Of a stretch of 64,000 nt of DNA, positions 46,215 through 55,970 are shown in pieces. The DNA is from a virus (Duplodnaviria > Caudoviricetes), in IMG/VR virus record IMGVR_UViG_3300042935_001404, one strand, 5' to 3'. Numbering within the stretch: position 1 is the first letter of the stretch; the number at the start of each line of letters is the position of its first letter. The notes below the pieces were generated by a model. It was not told the origin of the DNA and made no database searches. It was given only the letters and a program-made list of their open reading frames with translations. The position numbers were made by a program, and so were the translations under genes.

Positions 46215-46937
46215 TCATTGCCAATGAGTTTGCACTGCCGGGTCTGAGATCTCGTGTGGTTTTGGACTGCCGTGAAATACCAAAATACTGGTGTTGTCAT
46301 CTACCACAGTTCCGGTGTTGGGAGCCCGATACTTGCGTTTTGAAAAATTAAAACCGCCATCCAAGCACTGCCAACGCCAACTTTTAACCCAGTCAGTGTT
46401 AAAAAATCTACGATTCCCAACAGGTATCAATGCCGAAATCAAGTCTTGATCACCTCGATATTTGCTGGTAAATTGGCCAATGTCTTGGCCAATTACTTCT
46501 TTCCACACATGCTGGTAATGTTCAGTATTCCACCACATCACACTGGTGTTTGACACTGTGCAAGTATTTTTCCATAGATACTTGAAATCTCTCACTGCCC
46601 AGAAATGTCGCTGTGGCAGTTGCCAAATCCAATCAATATTTTTTGTAATTACCATGTCCAAATCAAAGTACAATAGCGGACCCGAATGATGTTCTGTATT
46701 GAACAATTGCAGTTTATACCACCAGGATTTTTTAGGTCCTGCCAGCCCCCAATCAATCAAAGCATGTTTGATCATATGGTCTGGAACTGTTCTGTCTGTT
46801 TCTGTGTAAACGTGTAATCTTACTGGACGACTTAGATTCCTACACAACATACTATACAGTCGTTCAACATAGTCCCATGTGTATCCATCGCCGTGTATTA
46901 CGCAAGCACAGTCTAAGGGTTCAGTAGTAGGCATCAT
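46215..46937 (-). CDS. GT-A glycosyltransferase
   Basis: WWYKLQLF, LYFDLD (DxD), GDQD, VFHGSPKP; late-type GGTAAATA 46942-46949. Confidence 0.8.
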   Translation of the reverse strand: MMPTTEPLDCACVIHGDGYTWDYVERLYSMLCRNLSRPVRLHVYTETDRTVPDHMIKHALIDWGLAGPKKSWWYKLQLFNTEHHSGPLLYFDLDMVITKNIDWIWQLPQRHFWAVRDFKYLWKNTCTVSNTSVMWWNTEHYQHVWKEVIGQDIGQFTSKYRGDQDLISALIPVGNRRFFNTDWVKSWRWQCLDGGFNFSKRKYRAPNTGTVVDDNTSILVFHGSPKPHEISDPAVQTHWQ

Positions 46938-46974
46938 TTGATATTTACCGTTATATACACACATAAATATCTTT

Positions 46975-47730
46975 ATGAAAATTGTACTTGTAACCGGTGG
47001 GTTTGATCCCTGCCATTCTGGGCACCTTGCTTACTTCCAATCAGCAAAAAAACTAGGCGATCGACTGGTCGTTGGTCTTAACTCAGACCAGTGGCTCACT
47101 CGTAAAAAGGGACGACCGTTTATGCCCATGAGTGAGAGATTTGCATTGATCAGTGCCTTGAGCATAGTAGACGAAGTTGTAGTTTACAATGATGATGACA
47201 ACAGTAGTTGTGATGCAATTCAACTGGTCAAGCAACGCTATCCTGCTGCCAACATTGTGTTTGCCAATGGCGGTGACCGTACACAAGACAACATTCCAGA
47301 AATGATCTTCGATGACGTGGAGTTTGTGTTTGGTGTGGGTGGCGAAAACAAAATAAACTCCAGTTCGTGGATATTGGAAGAGTGGAAGAAGCCCAAGACG
47401 ACCCGTGCATGGGGCTATTATCGTGTACTACATGAAGTAGGATCTAACACCAAACTCAAAGAACTCACAGTGTCTGCCAAAACTTGTCTTAGCATGCAAC
47501 GACATGATCGGCGTGCGGAGTTTTGGTTTGTGGCCGAAGGCGAAGCCGCAGTGTATACCCTGGACAATTCTAGCGATCACGACCTAGTAGGACATTACGG
47601 AGTGCATGACTATATTTGGATCAAGAAAAATCAATGGCACATGTTGTGTAATGAAACTGATCAACCACTGAAATTAATTGAAATTCAGTTTGGCGACGAT
47701 TGTGTGGAAGAGGACATAGAACGTCGATGA
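46975..47730 (+). CDS. Cytidylyl/nucleotidyltransferase (RfaE/TagD-like) fused to a sugar-isomerase cupin
   Basis: TGGFDPCHSGH (HxGH), FANGGDR, NSSS; RAWGYY...LSMQRH..RAEFW cupin; CATAAATA 46962-46969. Confidence 0.85.
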   Translation: MKIVLVTGGFDPCHSGHLAYFQSAKKLGDRLVVGLNSDQWLTRKKGRPFMPMSERFALISALSIVDEVVVYNDDDNSSCDAIQLVKQRYPAANIVFANGGDRTQDNIPEMIFDDVEFVFGVGGENKINSSSWILEEWKKPKTTRAWGYYRVLHEVGSNTKLKELTVSAKTCLSMQRHDRRAEFWFVAEGEAAVYTLDNSSDHDLVGHYGVHDYIWIKKNQWHMLCNETDQPLKLIEIQFGDDCVEEDIERR

Positions 47731-48413
47731 AAGCCATACCAGTTTATGTTGGATACGATCCAAGAGAAGCCATTGCTTTTCACACCTGTGCCAATTCAAT
47801 CATACGGCATGCATCAAAGCCCGTGGCTATTATTCCTGTGGCCTTGAACTTGTTTCGAGACTACGAAGAAACGCACACAGATGGCAGCAATCACTTTATC
47901 TACACACGATTTCTTGTGCCGCACTTACAGGAATACACAGGATGGGCAATATTCATTGATGGCGACATGATTGTGCGAGATGACATTGTGAAACTATGGG
48001 AATTGCAAAACCCTTATAACGACGTTATGGTAGTCAAACATGACTACAAAACTCGGATGCCTGTAAAATATCTAGGAGCACGAAATGAAGACTATCCTCG
48101 AAAAAATTGGAGTAGTGTTATTCTGTGGAATTGTAATAGCTTTCCTAACAGGCGACTTACTCCTGAGTTCATTCAAAAATCCACAGGTAGTGAACTCCAC
48201 CGCTTCTCGTGGTTAGAAGACGAACGAATTGGCGAGTTGCCAAAAGAGTGGAACTGGTTGCCTGATGAATACGGCATTAATAAGGATGCCAAGCTGTTAC
48301 ACTACACGCTAGGCACACCTTGCTTTCAAGAGTTCGCTGACACGCCACAAGGTGATGAGTGGCATAGAGAACGTATTCTAACTGAATACTGCTTACAAAG
48401 GAACATACTATGA
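47727..48413 (+). CDS. GT8-like glycosyltransferase
   Basis: VGYDPRE, FIYTRFLVP, FIDGD (DxD), YPRKNWSS, LHYTLGTP. Confidence 0.82.
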   Translation: MKAIPVYVGYDPREAIAFHTCANSIIRHASKPVAIIPVALNLFRDYEETHTDGSNHFIYTRFLVPHLQEYTGWAIFIDGDMIVRDDIVKLWELQNPYNDVMVVKHDYKTRMPVKYLGARNEDYPRKNWSSVILWNCNSFPNRRLTPEFIQKSTGSELHRFSWLEDERIGELPKEWNWLPDEYGINKDAKLLHYTLGTPCFQEFADTPQGDEWHRERILTEYCLQRNIL

Positions 48414-49513
48414 TTTTACCAGTGGCCCTGGTGGACCGTTGGCCCAGTGACGAGTATAAAATACAACACGCAACAATTGAATCTGCACTCAAACACAGTG
48501 TTGCAGATCTATTGAAACTTCGTGCTGAAGTTGAACTGTTAAAACAACTTGAACACGAATGGGGGCTAAGTCCTATCCCTGAAGAATTGCTAACTAAAGA
48601 TATTAGAGGATTTATCAAGAGGAACGGTGGCGACTCAATGGGTCAAAGATTTATTGATTATGTTGTAAATCAAGATGCCCAATTTGATCGTTGTTTAAAA
48701 TTTACAGACTACCCGGCAATGGTTATGGCTGCATATCCCAGCAGTAAATTTATTGATAAAAATAGATTCCGCACCGAAATGGAAGAGATTGTCAAAGATC
48801 CTGTGCTGATACGCGGCATCAGTTCTGGTAAAATAGCCAAGATTGTGAGAGAACATGATCAAGACTATTACTTTATCGAAACAGGATATCTTGGCAATTA
48901 TCGATGTGACAACAATCAAACCGGCAGAAAAGTGTATCATCGCATTGTAAAAAATTCCATGCAACATTCAACTATCATGGATGTGCCCGATGACCGATGG
49001 CAACAACTGGTAAAATTCAATCCAAACTTGGAATACAAAGGCTGGAAGCGCACTGGATCAAAAATTCTAGTGGTGTTGCCCACTAATAAACCATTTCAAT
49101 ATTATGGACACAATCGTGAGAAATGGATTGAAAAAGTTGAACGCACTATTAAAAAACACAGTGACAGAGAGATTGTCTGGCGTGAAAAGGCCAGTCGTGG
49201 GGAACGTACAAATGCCACTATATACGATGCCTTAGATGATGACATTTATGCTCTGGTCACTTACAACAGTATTGCAACTGTGGAAGCAATACAGCACGGA
49301 ATTCCAGCCTTTGGACTGGCACCCACTGCGGCAGATCCGGTATGCAGTAATGATCTTTCACAAATTGAAAATCCCGTAATGCCCAATGAAGAAATTGTTT
49401 ACAGATGGTTATGCTCGATTGCTTACAGTCAATTTAGTCTAGATGAAATTTTAACAGGCCAAGCCTGGCAAATGGTATTAGAAAATGCACAACGCCCAAC
49501 CCTTGATTGTTAA
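48410..49513 (+). CDS. Capsule-synthesis (KpsS/KpsC-like) GT-B protein, paralog 1
   Basis: IETGYLG, YHRIVKN, LVTYNSIATVEAIQHGIPAF, WL..IAYSQFS..E. Confidence 0.6.
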   Translation: MILPVALVDRWPSDEYKIQHATIESALKHSVADLLKLRAEVELLKQLEHEWGLSPIPEELLTKDIRGFIKRNGGDSMGQRFIDYVVNQDAQFDRCLKFTDYPAMVMAAYPSSKFIDKNRFRTEMEEIVKDPVLIRGISSGKIAKIVREHDQDYYFIETGYLGNYRCDNNQTGRKVYHRIVKNSMQHSTIMDVPDDRWQQLVKFNPNLEYKGWKRTGSKILVVLPTNKPFQYYGHNREKWIEKVERTIKKHSDREIVWREKASRGERTNATIYDALDDDIYALVTYNSIATVEAIQHGIPAFGLAPTAADPVCSNDLSQIENPVMPNEEIVYRWLCSIAYSQFSLDEILTGQAWQMVLENAQRPTLDC

Positions 49514-50441
49514 AAGTTATCTAAGAAGTTTGCCCAGGCATATCAACGGCAACGAAAAAATCAATGCATTGACTTATTTTGCAGAGGGTGCAGCCAAGTG
49601 TGGCGATTCAGCATCAGTAACTGAGTCACAAACATACGAAACATGTGATGTTGGTGCCATTATTGGCAATGCGTTTGATGCAAATCCCAGCAAGGTCAGA
49701 CTGCCGCATTATCAAGTTCGCAAAATGGTAATGGATACACAACACAGTCTTCATCGTTACTGGTTAAGCATAGACAGCAACGTATTCATTTACAAAGATG
49801 CTGCCAATCCACACAAGTATCTACGCTACAGTTTTAATGGTGTGTTTCCTGCCACAGGCATATACTGTAACGAAACACCCGGTGAAGAAAACTGGAACAA
49901 CATGCGACGTGACTACAATATGGATCTAAAACCCTGGAGGTCCAGTGGCAATCACATATTGATCTGCTTGCAACGACCGCTGGGGTGGAGTATGCGTGGC
50001 GCGGATTTAATGAAGTGGCTTAAGAGAACATTAGGCAAGATTAGAGAACACAGTGATCGTCCAATCTTAATAAGATGGCATCCAGGTGACTGGAAGGCAT
50101 TTCCCAATTATAAATCCACGCTAGTTAAGTTTGGCGTTACAGTGAGCCCACAAAACCGGCACATAACCGAAGACTTGGTCAATTGCTGGGCACTGGTATG
50201 CCATAATTCAACTCCCAGTGCAGTGGCACCAATTGAAGGAATTCCAGCATTTATCACAGATGAGCCTGCATACAGCCAGGGCGGTGATATTGCTAACACT
50301 GACCTGAGTCAGATAGAAAATCCTCACATGCCTAACCGTGAGCAATGGATTAGGAAACTAGCACAATGTCACTGGAGTTTTGAAGATGTCAGATCAGGCC
50401 GTTGCTGGAGTCACATGCGCAACTGGGTCAAAGTCCCGTAA
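49485..50441 (+). CDS. Capsule-synthesis (KpsS/KpsC-like) GT-B protein, paralog 2
   Basis: IRWHPGD, LVCHNSTPSAVAPIEGIPAF, W...LAQCHWS.E. Confidence 0.6.
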   Translation: MHNAQPLIVKSYLRSLPRHINGNEKINALTYFAEGAAKCGDSASVTESQTYETCDVGAIIGNAFDANPSKVRLPHYQVRKMVMDTQHSLHRYWLSIDSNVFIYKDAANPHKYLRYSFNGVFPATGIYCNETPGEENWNNMRRDYNMDLKPWRSSGNHILICLQRPLGWSMRGADLMKWLKRTLGKIREHSDRPILIRWHPGDWKAFPNYKSTLVKFGVTVSPQNRHITEDLVNCWALVCHNSTPSAVAPIEGIPAFITDEPAYSQGGDIANTDLSQIENPHMPNREQWIRKLAQCHWSFEDVRSGRCWSHMRNWVKVP

Positions 50442-51224
50442 TTCATTTAACTGTGTGAGATAATCAGGAATGGCAAAATCAAATTCATTTCTAGTGTCTA
50501 CCAAGATCTTGTTTACATCTTTGGGGCCGCTGGTCCTGACCACATTCTTTCCTAGATTGTAAACTTCGTTGATCAAGCACAATAACTCATATTTGTTAAT
50601 GTTTACTGAGTTGTTGACCACATGATATATGCCAGCAACACTGGGGTTGCGTACATATCGATCAATACATTTGGCCAACTGCAATGTGGTGATCCCATTC
50701 CACCAGGCATTGTCCCAACCAGGTATTGCAGTTTCAGGATTTCTTCTAACCCAATCAAGTAATCCAGTACCAGATTTGAGTTCGGGACCGATAATGCTCA
50801 TACGAAATGTAACGTCTTTGCTGTTGTCAACTTCGCCTAGGCTTTTACTGCGACCATACACATTTGTTTCGGTGTGCGTGTGTTTTTCTTTGTAGTGACC
50901 CACAGCACCATCAAACACACAATCAGTGCTTAGATGAATCAGTCGAGTGTGAGTGTCTTTTAATCGGTATTCGATGTAGTGTGGCAACCAGGAATTGATT
51001 ATGCTGGCACGGTCGGGACGTTGCAGGCACGGCTGTACCAATAGACCAATACAGTTTACAACAAAATCAGTGTTGAGTTGATCAAAAAATTCTGCAACCA
51101 TAGCGGGATTTTCAACATCTAATCGGGTACGGTACACTGCATCAACTTCGTGCCCTTGCTGACGAAGATAACTGACCACAACATGTCCAGCCATGCCGTT
51201 GGAACCTAGTACTGTGATTTTCAT
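50394..51224 (-). CDS. RmlD-like NAD(P)H-dependent 4-keto sugar reductase (WbvR/QnlA-type)
   Basis: GSNGMAG, VNCIG, HLSTDCVFDG, YGRSK (YxxxK). Confidence 0.88.
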   Translation of the reverse strand: MKITVLGSNGMAGHVVVSYLRQQGHEVDAVYRTRLDVENPAMVAEFFDQLNTDFVVNCIGLLVQPCLQRPDRASIINSWLPHYIEYRLKDTHTRLIHLSTDCVFDGAVGHYKEKHTHTETNVYGRSKSLGEVDNSKDVTFRMSIIGPELKSGTGLLDWVRRNPETAIPGWDNAWWNGITTLQLAKCIDRYVRNPSVAGIYHVVNNSVNINKYELLCLINEVYNLGKNVVRTSGPKDVNKILVDTRNEFDFAIPDYLTQLNELRDFDPVAHVTPATA

Positions 51225-52201
51225 AAGAATCCTCCCTTGACCAACATGTCTTTGATTTGATCATCGTTCATTAATACTGTTTGAGAACTGAACTCAGAGT
51301 GGGGAAATGCTGGTAACTGTTTGTATTTGTTCTTAAGTTCTGCAGAACACTTGGTAGGAAGTATCACATAGTAATTTTCATCAAAGCAACGACTCAGCAC
51401 AGCTTCGTGTTTGCTGATCAACATTTCGTCTAGTTTCTCCCCGGGCTTGCTGCCAATTTCTTTTATGTTCACAGTGCCATACTTGTGCATGAGCACACGG
51501 GCCACATCTCGAATGTAACAAGCCGGCATGTTCATAACAAATGTTTCACCACCGATGCTGGTTTCTGCGGCTTTGAACAACAACATGATGGCTTCCTCTA
51601 GCGTCAAGAAGAACCGAGTCATTTGCAAATCAGTAATGGTAATAGGACCACCTGCTTTGATCTGTTCAATAAAGTACGGAATCACGCTGCCGTTGGAACC
51701 CATGACATTGCCGCCACGAATGCAAACAAACTTTGTGTGTGTGCTTAGATCATTACCTTGTATGATTAACTTTTCACCTACACTTTTGGTCATGCCATAC
51801 AGGTTCAACGGCTCAACGGCTTTGTCGGTACTGACATCAATTACTTTGCTGACATGATTTTCTACAGCGGCGTTGACAATGTTGGTGGTTCCTGTGATGT
51901 TTGTTTTGATAGCTTCCTGTGGGTGATCTTCGCAGATGGGCACATGTTTAAGTGCGGCCAGATGAAATATAACGTCAACGCCCTTGGTTGCAAAACGAAC
52001 AGCATCATAATCTCGAACGTCTCCTACTACAAACTTCAATCTAGAGTCATGAAACTGTCGTTGCATCAACACTTGTTGAAGTTCGCCACGGCTAAAACAT
52101 ATAATTTCTGTGGGATTATAATTTGCCAACAACATACGTATTAACGTTTGTCCCCAACTGCCGGTGGCACCCGATACAAATATTCTTTTTCCGTTAAACA
52201 T
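51221..52201 (-). CDS. UDP-GlcNAc 4,6-dehydratase/epimerase (CapE/WbjB/FnlA/PseB family)
   Basis: GATGSWG, GDVRD, HLAALKHVP, STDKAVEP.NLYGMTK, RGGNVMGSNGSV, MTRF, PGEKLDE. Confidence 0.92.
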   Translation of the reverse strand: MFNGKRIFVSGATGSWGQTLIRMLLANYNPTEIICFSRGELQQVLMQRQFHDSRLKFVVGDVRDYDAVRFATKGVDVIFHLAALKHVPICEDHPQEAIKTNITGTTNIVNAAVENHVSKVIDVSTDKAVEPLNLYGMTKSVGEKLIIQGNDLSTHTKFVCIRGGNVMGSNGSVIPYFIEQIKAGGPITITDLQMTRFFLTLEEAIMLLFKAAETSIGGETFVMNMPACYIRDVARVLMHKYGTVNIKEIGSKPGEKLDEMLISKHEAVLSRCFDENYYVILPTKCSAELKNKYKQLPAFPHSEFSSQTVLMNDDQIKDMLVKGGFL

Positions 52202-53270
52202 GATTTCCTAATAAAATGTTTACCACTGTGTCACTAACGTTGGTTCTAGCATATTCAGCAGGTACTGTCCATGCACGATCAACCTGTTTCATAGATTGGT
52301 AACCAGCAACAATATTATCAACTGCTAGACCAGTTACAATGTTTGATCCACACCAAACAGTTTCTGGGCGTTCAGTAGTGGCACGTATAGTTATAGTGGG
52401 TTTATAGAACAAACACATTTCTTCTTGTACAGTTCCTGAATCACTGATGGCCATGTAACTATTCTTTTCTAACTTTACAAAATCAAAAAACCCCATTGGT
52501 TCAGTTATTTTTATACAGTCGCTTACTGATATATCTAATTCGCGCAAACGCTGACGTGTTCGTGGATGACAACTAAACACAATTGGGCGATCTTGTGCTA
52601 TGATTTCCATGGCACTAAAAATACTAGCCAATCTCTCCGGACTATCTACGTTCTCTGCTCTGTGTGAGGTGGCGATAATGTACTGGTTAGATTTTAATTT
52701 TAATTTTTCTAAAATATTGCTCTCATCAATTTGATCACAGTAGTAATCTAATACTTCTCTAATGGGATTGCCAGTTACAAACACACGATTGTTTTGTGCA
52801 CCTTCTCGTAACAAATTTTGTCTACTGAGTTCAGTATAAGGCAAATTGATAGTGCTAATACTGTCTATTAATCTACGATTCTTTTCTTCTGGTACTGACA
52901 TATCGTAACAACGATTGCCGGCTTCCATGTGATACACAGGAACTCCCATGCGTTCACAAACTATAGCACTCAATCCTGAATTGGTATCACCCAACACTAA
53001 CACCGCATCAGGTTGAAATTCTGTAATGTACTGCTCTACACCAATCATAGTGGCAGCCAACTGCTGTCCAATTGTACCACGACTGTTTAGTACACAATCG
53101 GGTTGTCGCAATCCCAACTGATCAAAGAATATATCATTGAGTGTGGCATCGTAATTTTGCCCAGTATGTAATACTCTATGTTCACTGACTTGATCTAGCT
53201 TGGGTATAATTCTAGCCAAGCGAATTATTTCCGGGCGTGTTCCTAAGATGGTTAATATCTTACGCTTCAT
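52194..53270 (-). CDS. Non-hydrolysing UDP-HexNAc 2-epimerase (CapG/WbjD/WbvD subtype)
   Basis: GTRPEIIRL, HTGQNYD, GDTNS, HMEAGNRC, VPEE.NR, LPYTE.SR, SDSGTVQEE. Confidence 0.92.
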   Translation of the reverse strand: MKRKILTILGTRPEIIRLARIIPKLDQVSEHRVLHTGQNYDATLNDIFFDQLGLRQPDCVLNSRGTIGQQLAATMIGVEQYITEFQPDAVLVLGDTNSGLSAIVCERMGVPVYHMEAGNRCYDMSVPEEKNRRLIDSISTINLPYTELSRQNLLREGAQNNRVFVTGNPIREVLDYYCDQIDESNILEKLKLKSNQYIIATSHRAENVDSPERLASIFSAMEIIAQDRPIVFSCHPRTRQRLRELDISVSDCIKITEPMGFFDFVKLEKNSYMAISDSGTVQEEMCLFYKPTITIRATTERPETVWCGSNIVTGLAVDNIVAGYQSMKQVDRAWTVPAEYARTNVSDTVVNILLGNHV

Positions 53271-53787
53271 AATACCCTACATAATATTTCTCTAGGCTGG
53301 GCAGTTTAACCTCGACCCAGCCTGCAAAGTCATCATGTGTCCATGAACTTTTGTGTATATCAAATTGATTACCATGACTCCAAATTCGTTCGTTTTCGAT
53401 ATTGTGTGTATTGTCTGTCCAAATTTCAGGTAGTGGGGTAAGTAAAAATATTTTTTTATTGACTATTTTCTTGCAATCTTCCAATAGTCGAACGCCTGCA
53501 TCTTTGTTTAAGTGTTCGATAAAATCTATCATTAAAATATAATCCCAACGCTCGGTGGTAATTTCAAAGATAGGAGTAGTCTCAACATTGGCCACAATGT
53601 CTGGTTCAACCCAATCCCATGCATCAATTGTTAACACACGACACTGTTGTTCTAGCAACGGCGATGAGTAGGCTTTGGGGCCGCACCCTATATCTAATAC
53701 TGTGCTGCCAGTGGCTACACTTTCATTAATAAACTGTGACAATAAATCATTGCGACTGGCTCTTTTTCCTTTGATTTTAAATTTCAT
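53260..53787 (-). CDS. Class I SAM-dependent methyltransferase
   Basis: VLDIGCG, IDA, DFIEHL. Confidence 0.82.
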   Translation of the reverse strand: MKFKIKGKRASRNDLLSQFINESVATGSTVLDIGCGPKAYSSPLLEQQCRVLTIDAWDWVEPDIVANVETTPIFEITTERWDYILMIDFIEHLNKDAGVRLLEDCKKIVNKKIFLLTPLPEIWTDNTHNIENERIWSHGNQFDIHKSSWTHDDFAGWVEVKLPSLEKYYVGYYEA

Positions 53788-54545
53788 TGTATACTTTCTT
53801 TATTTGGTGCATGTATTGTTCCATCAACAGTGATGTTAAAATACAAATCTTTATTATTTTGATCAGGCTCAATGTTGTCAGGATGCCCGTAACTCTTATG
53901 GTGATATTGATGTATAACCATTGGTGTTGCTACAAATTCAAGATTGCACACTTGTTTGATTCTATATAGTATTTCTGCATCGTCCCAGTTATGTCCTGTT
54001 GCATATCTTTCATCAAATCCGTTGACTTTGATTAGATTATTTCTGGTAATGGCATTGCAAAAGTGAAATGCCACTGGACGCTCAATTTCGTGATTATACC
54101 AACGTGCTTTTTTTGATGTTGACACTGTGGGAATTGATCCTTGCTGATGCAATACTGTAACATCTTGTTTAGTACATGCCCAGCAATGAAAACTAAGATA
54201 TGTTTCATCAGTAAGATTCTTAGCAACATAATTCAACACATCTCCCATATGGCAACATTCAGGGTTTTGTATCACAATCATATCTCCGCGACTGGCACGC
54301 AGTCCTACATTATATGGAATACATGGATTACAATAGTCTTTTTTTGTTACTTTCTCTTTCATACGAATAATATTAAACTGTAATTGTGGAAACTCATTGG
54401 GTATACCATCTAAACTATTATCAGCATCACTGAAGTCATCTACAATGACCACTTCTACATTTTTGTACGCACTATTTGCAATAGTCTGCAATGTGAATTT
54501 TAGTTGAGGTAACCTATTATAATAGGCCATCACTATTGATATCAT
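53784..54545 (-). CDS. GT2 glycosyltransferase
   Basis: ISIVMAYYNR, VIVDDFS, YNVGL, GFDERY, DAE. Confidence 0.88.
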   Translation of the reverse strand: MISIVMAYYNRLPQLKFTLQTIANSAYKNVEVVIVDDFSDADNSLDGIPNEFPQLQFNIIRMKEKVTKKDYCNPCIPYNVGLRASRGDMIVIQNPECCHMGDVLNYVAKNLTDETYLSFHCWACTKQDVTVLHQQGSIPTVSTSKKARWYNHEIERPVAFHFCNAITRNNLIKVNGFDERYATGHNWDDAEILYRIKQVCNLEFVATPMVIHQYHHKSYGHPDNIEPDQNNKDLYFNITVDGTIHAPNKESIQ

Positions 54546-55141
54546 ATAAACCTTATGTGCGACGTGGCGTATTTTGCCCGTTGATTGATTATTTCCACAA
54601 TTTCAAAATTAGACTCTACCAATGGTGTTCTTTCCTTGGCAAAGATTCGTAGATCCATTACAACAACAGTATTGGCGTGACTGTGCTTGAGTATCAACTC
54701 ACGATATGTGCTTGCTGGATAATGAAACCCGCAACTGACCCAACTAGTAATGACATCAAACTTAATATCCTCAGAGATATTGATATTATTACAGTCTACC
54801 AGATGATAATTTTGTGTGTTTAATTCATCTAGTTTGTTTTGTAAAAAATCCAACTTGTAATAAAATGCAAAATTTTTAGAATCAGTGGTGTAACGTGCCT
54901 GTTGTTGTGTTCGGGCATCTTGAGCATTATCGTCGAAATCGCCATCTAGTAGATACAATTCAGTGCCGTACTTTTTATTAAACAAACGACTTTCCCAAGC
55001 AAGTCCGCATCCAATGTCTAATATTTTTTTAGGAGGCGTTCCTAGATAGGTATCTAATAGATCAAAGTTTTCTTGTTTATGTTGCTGATACACATCAGTG
55101 AACCATTCGTCATTGATCCAATCTTTTTGATACAATATCAT
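54542..55141 (-). CDS. Class I SAM-dependent methyltransferase
   Basis: ILDIGCGLAW, LLDGD, FDVITSWVSCGFHYP. Confidence 0.78.
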   Translation of the reverse strand: MILYQKDWINDEWFTDVYQQHKQENFDLLDTYLGTPPKKILDIGCGLAWESRLFNKKYGTELYLLDGDFDDNAQDARTQQQARYTTDSKNFAFYYKLDFLQNKLDELNTQNYHLVDCNNINISEDIKFDVITSWVSCGFHYPASTYRELILKHSHANTVVVMDLRIFAKERTPLVESNFEIVEIINQRAKYATSHIRFI

Positions 55142-55926
55142 TGGTACTTTCTCTGTTCTTGTTTGAATACATCAAGTTCTTTGCGTTTGCCTTTGGCAGA
55201 CCATATGGCGCTTTCAGTCCGCATGGCCCAGTCAATATAACTCATGGGTAACAGACCTTTTTGATATTTTGGCACCAGTTGATCTAGTAGAACTTGATCT
55301 AAAAACCAATATAGATCGTGTTTACCGATACTGGCACGTAAACTGTTTGCGTACTCTTGTAAAAATTCATGTGCACCAGCAGTACCATTGAACAACACAG
55401 CACCGGCCAAGTGGGTGCCATCTTTGGGTTTTTCGTACAGATAAAAATCCTTAGTGCCCAATTGATCATTGAATTGTCCGCGCACTAGCCCGTCAACATC
55501 AATACTCAAGCATCGTTGTCCTGGTTGTAGTAATTCAGCCAGTCTGACAAATCTAGTACAGGCATAGTAAGTTTGATGAATCAGTATTGATAGGTCTTGG
55601 CGGCCACGTGTTTGTCCTTTTTTAAACATTTGTCTCTGTCGATCGTTTTCAAATTGGGTTCTGGTCATCCAGTAGTCAGTTGTATGTTGAAACTCATTCT
55701 CACTGGGCTGTTCATAAGTGCAAGTTACACCTGTGCGGCTTTGACAAAAATCAATCTGATCGGGCCTAGGGTTGTATATGTGTATGTGTACTCCGTATTC
55801 TGGAGTATTGGCCAGTATACTGTTGATCAACGGCCGGGCATGCAGGTCAAAATACACTGAGTCTGCGGCAGCATAGATAAAGAATTTATTTTGATTTAAC
55901 GTTCCGTTAAGTTGGGGCAATATCAT
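55138..55926 (-). CDS. Nucleotide-diphospho-sugar transferase (GT-A)
   Basis: YACTRF, SIDVDG (DxD), WFLDQ, IWSAKG; late-type ACTAAATA 55934-55941. Confidence 0.7.
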   Translation of the reverse strand: MILPQLNGTLNQNKFFIYAAADSVYFDLHARPLINSILANTPEYGVHIHIYNPRPDQIDFCQSRTGVTCTYEQPSENEFQHTTDYWMTRTQFENDRQRQMFKKGQTRGRQDLSILIHQTYYACTRFVRLAELLQPGQRCLSIDVDGLVRGQFNDQLGTKDFYLYEKPKDGTHLAGAVLFNGTAGAHEFLQEYANSLRASIGKHDLYWFLDQVLLDQLVPKYQKGLLPMSYIDWAMRTESAIWSAKGKRKELDVFKQEQRKYQ

Positions 55927-55970
55927 AGTCAGATATTTAGTGAGGGAAAACACAGCCTATAACTAATACT

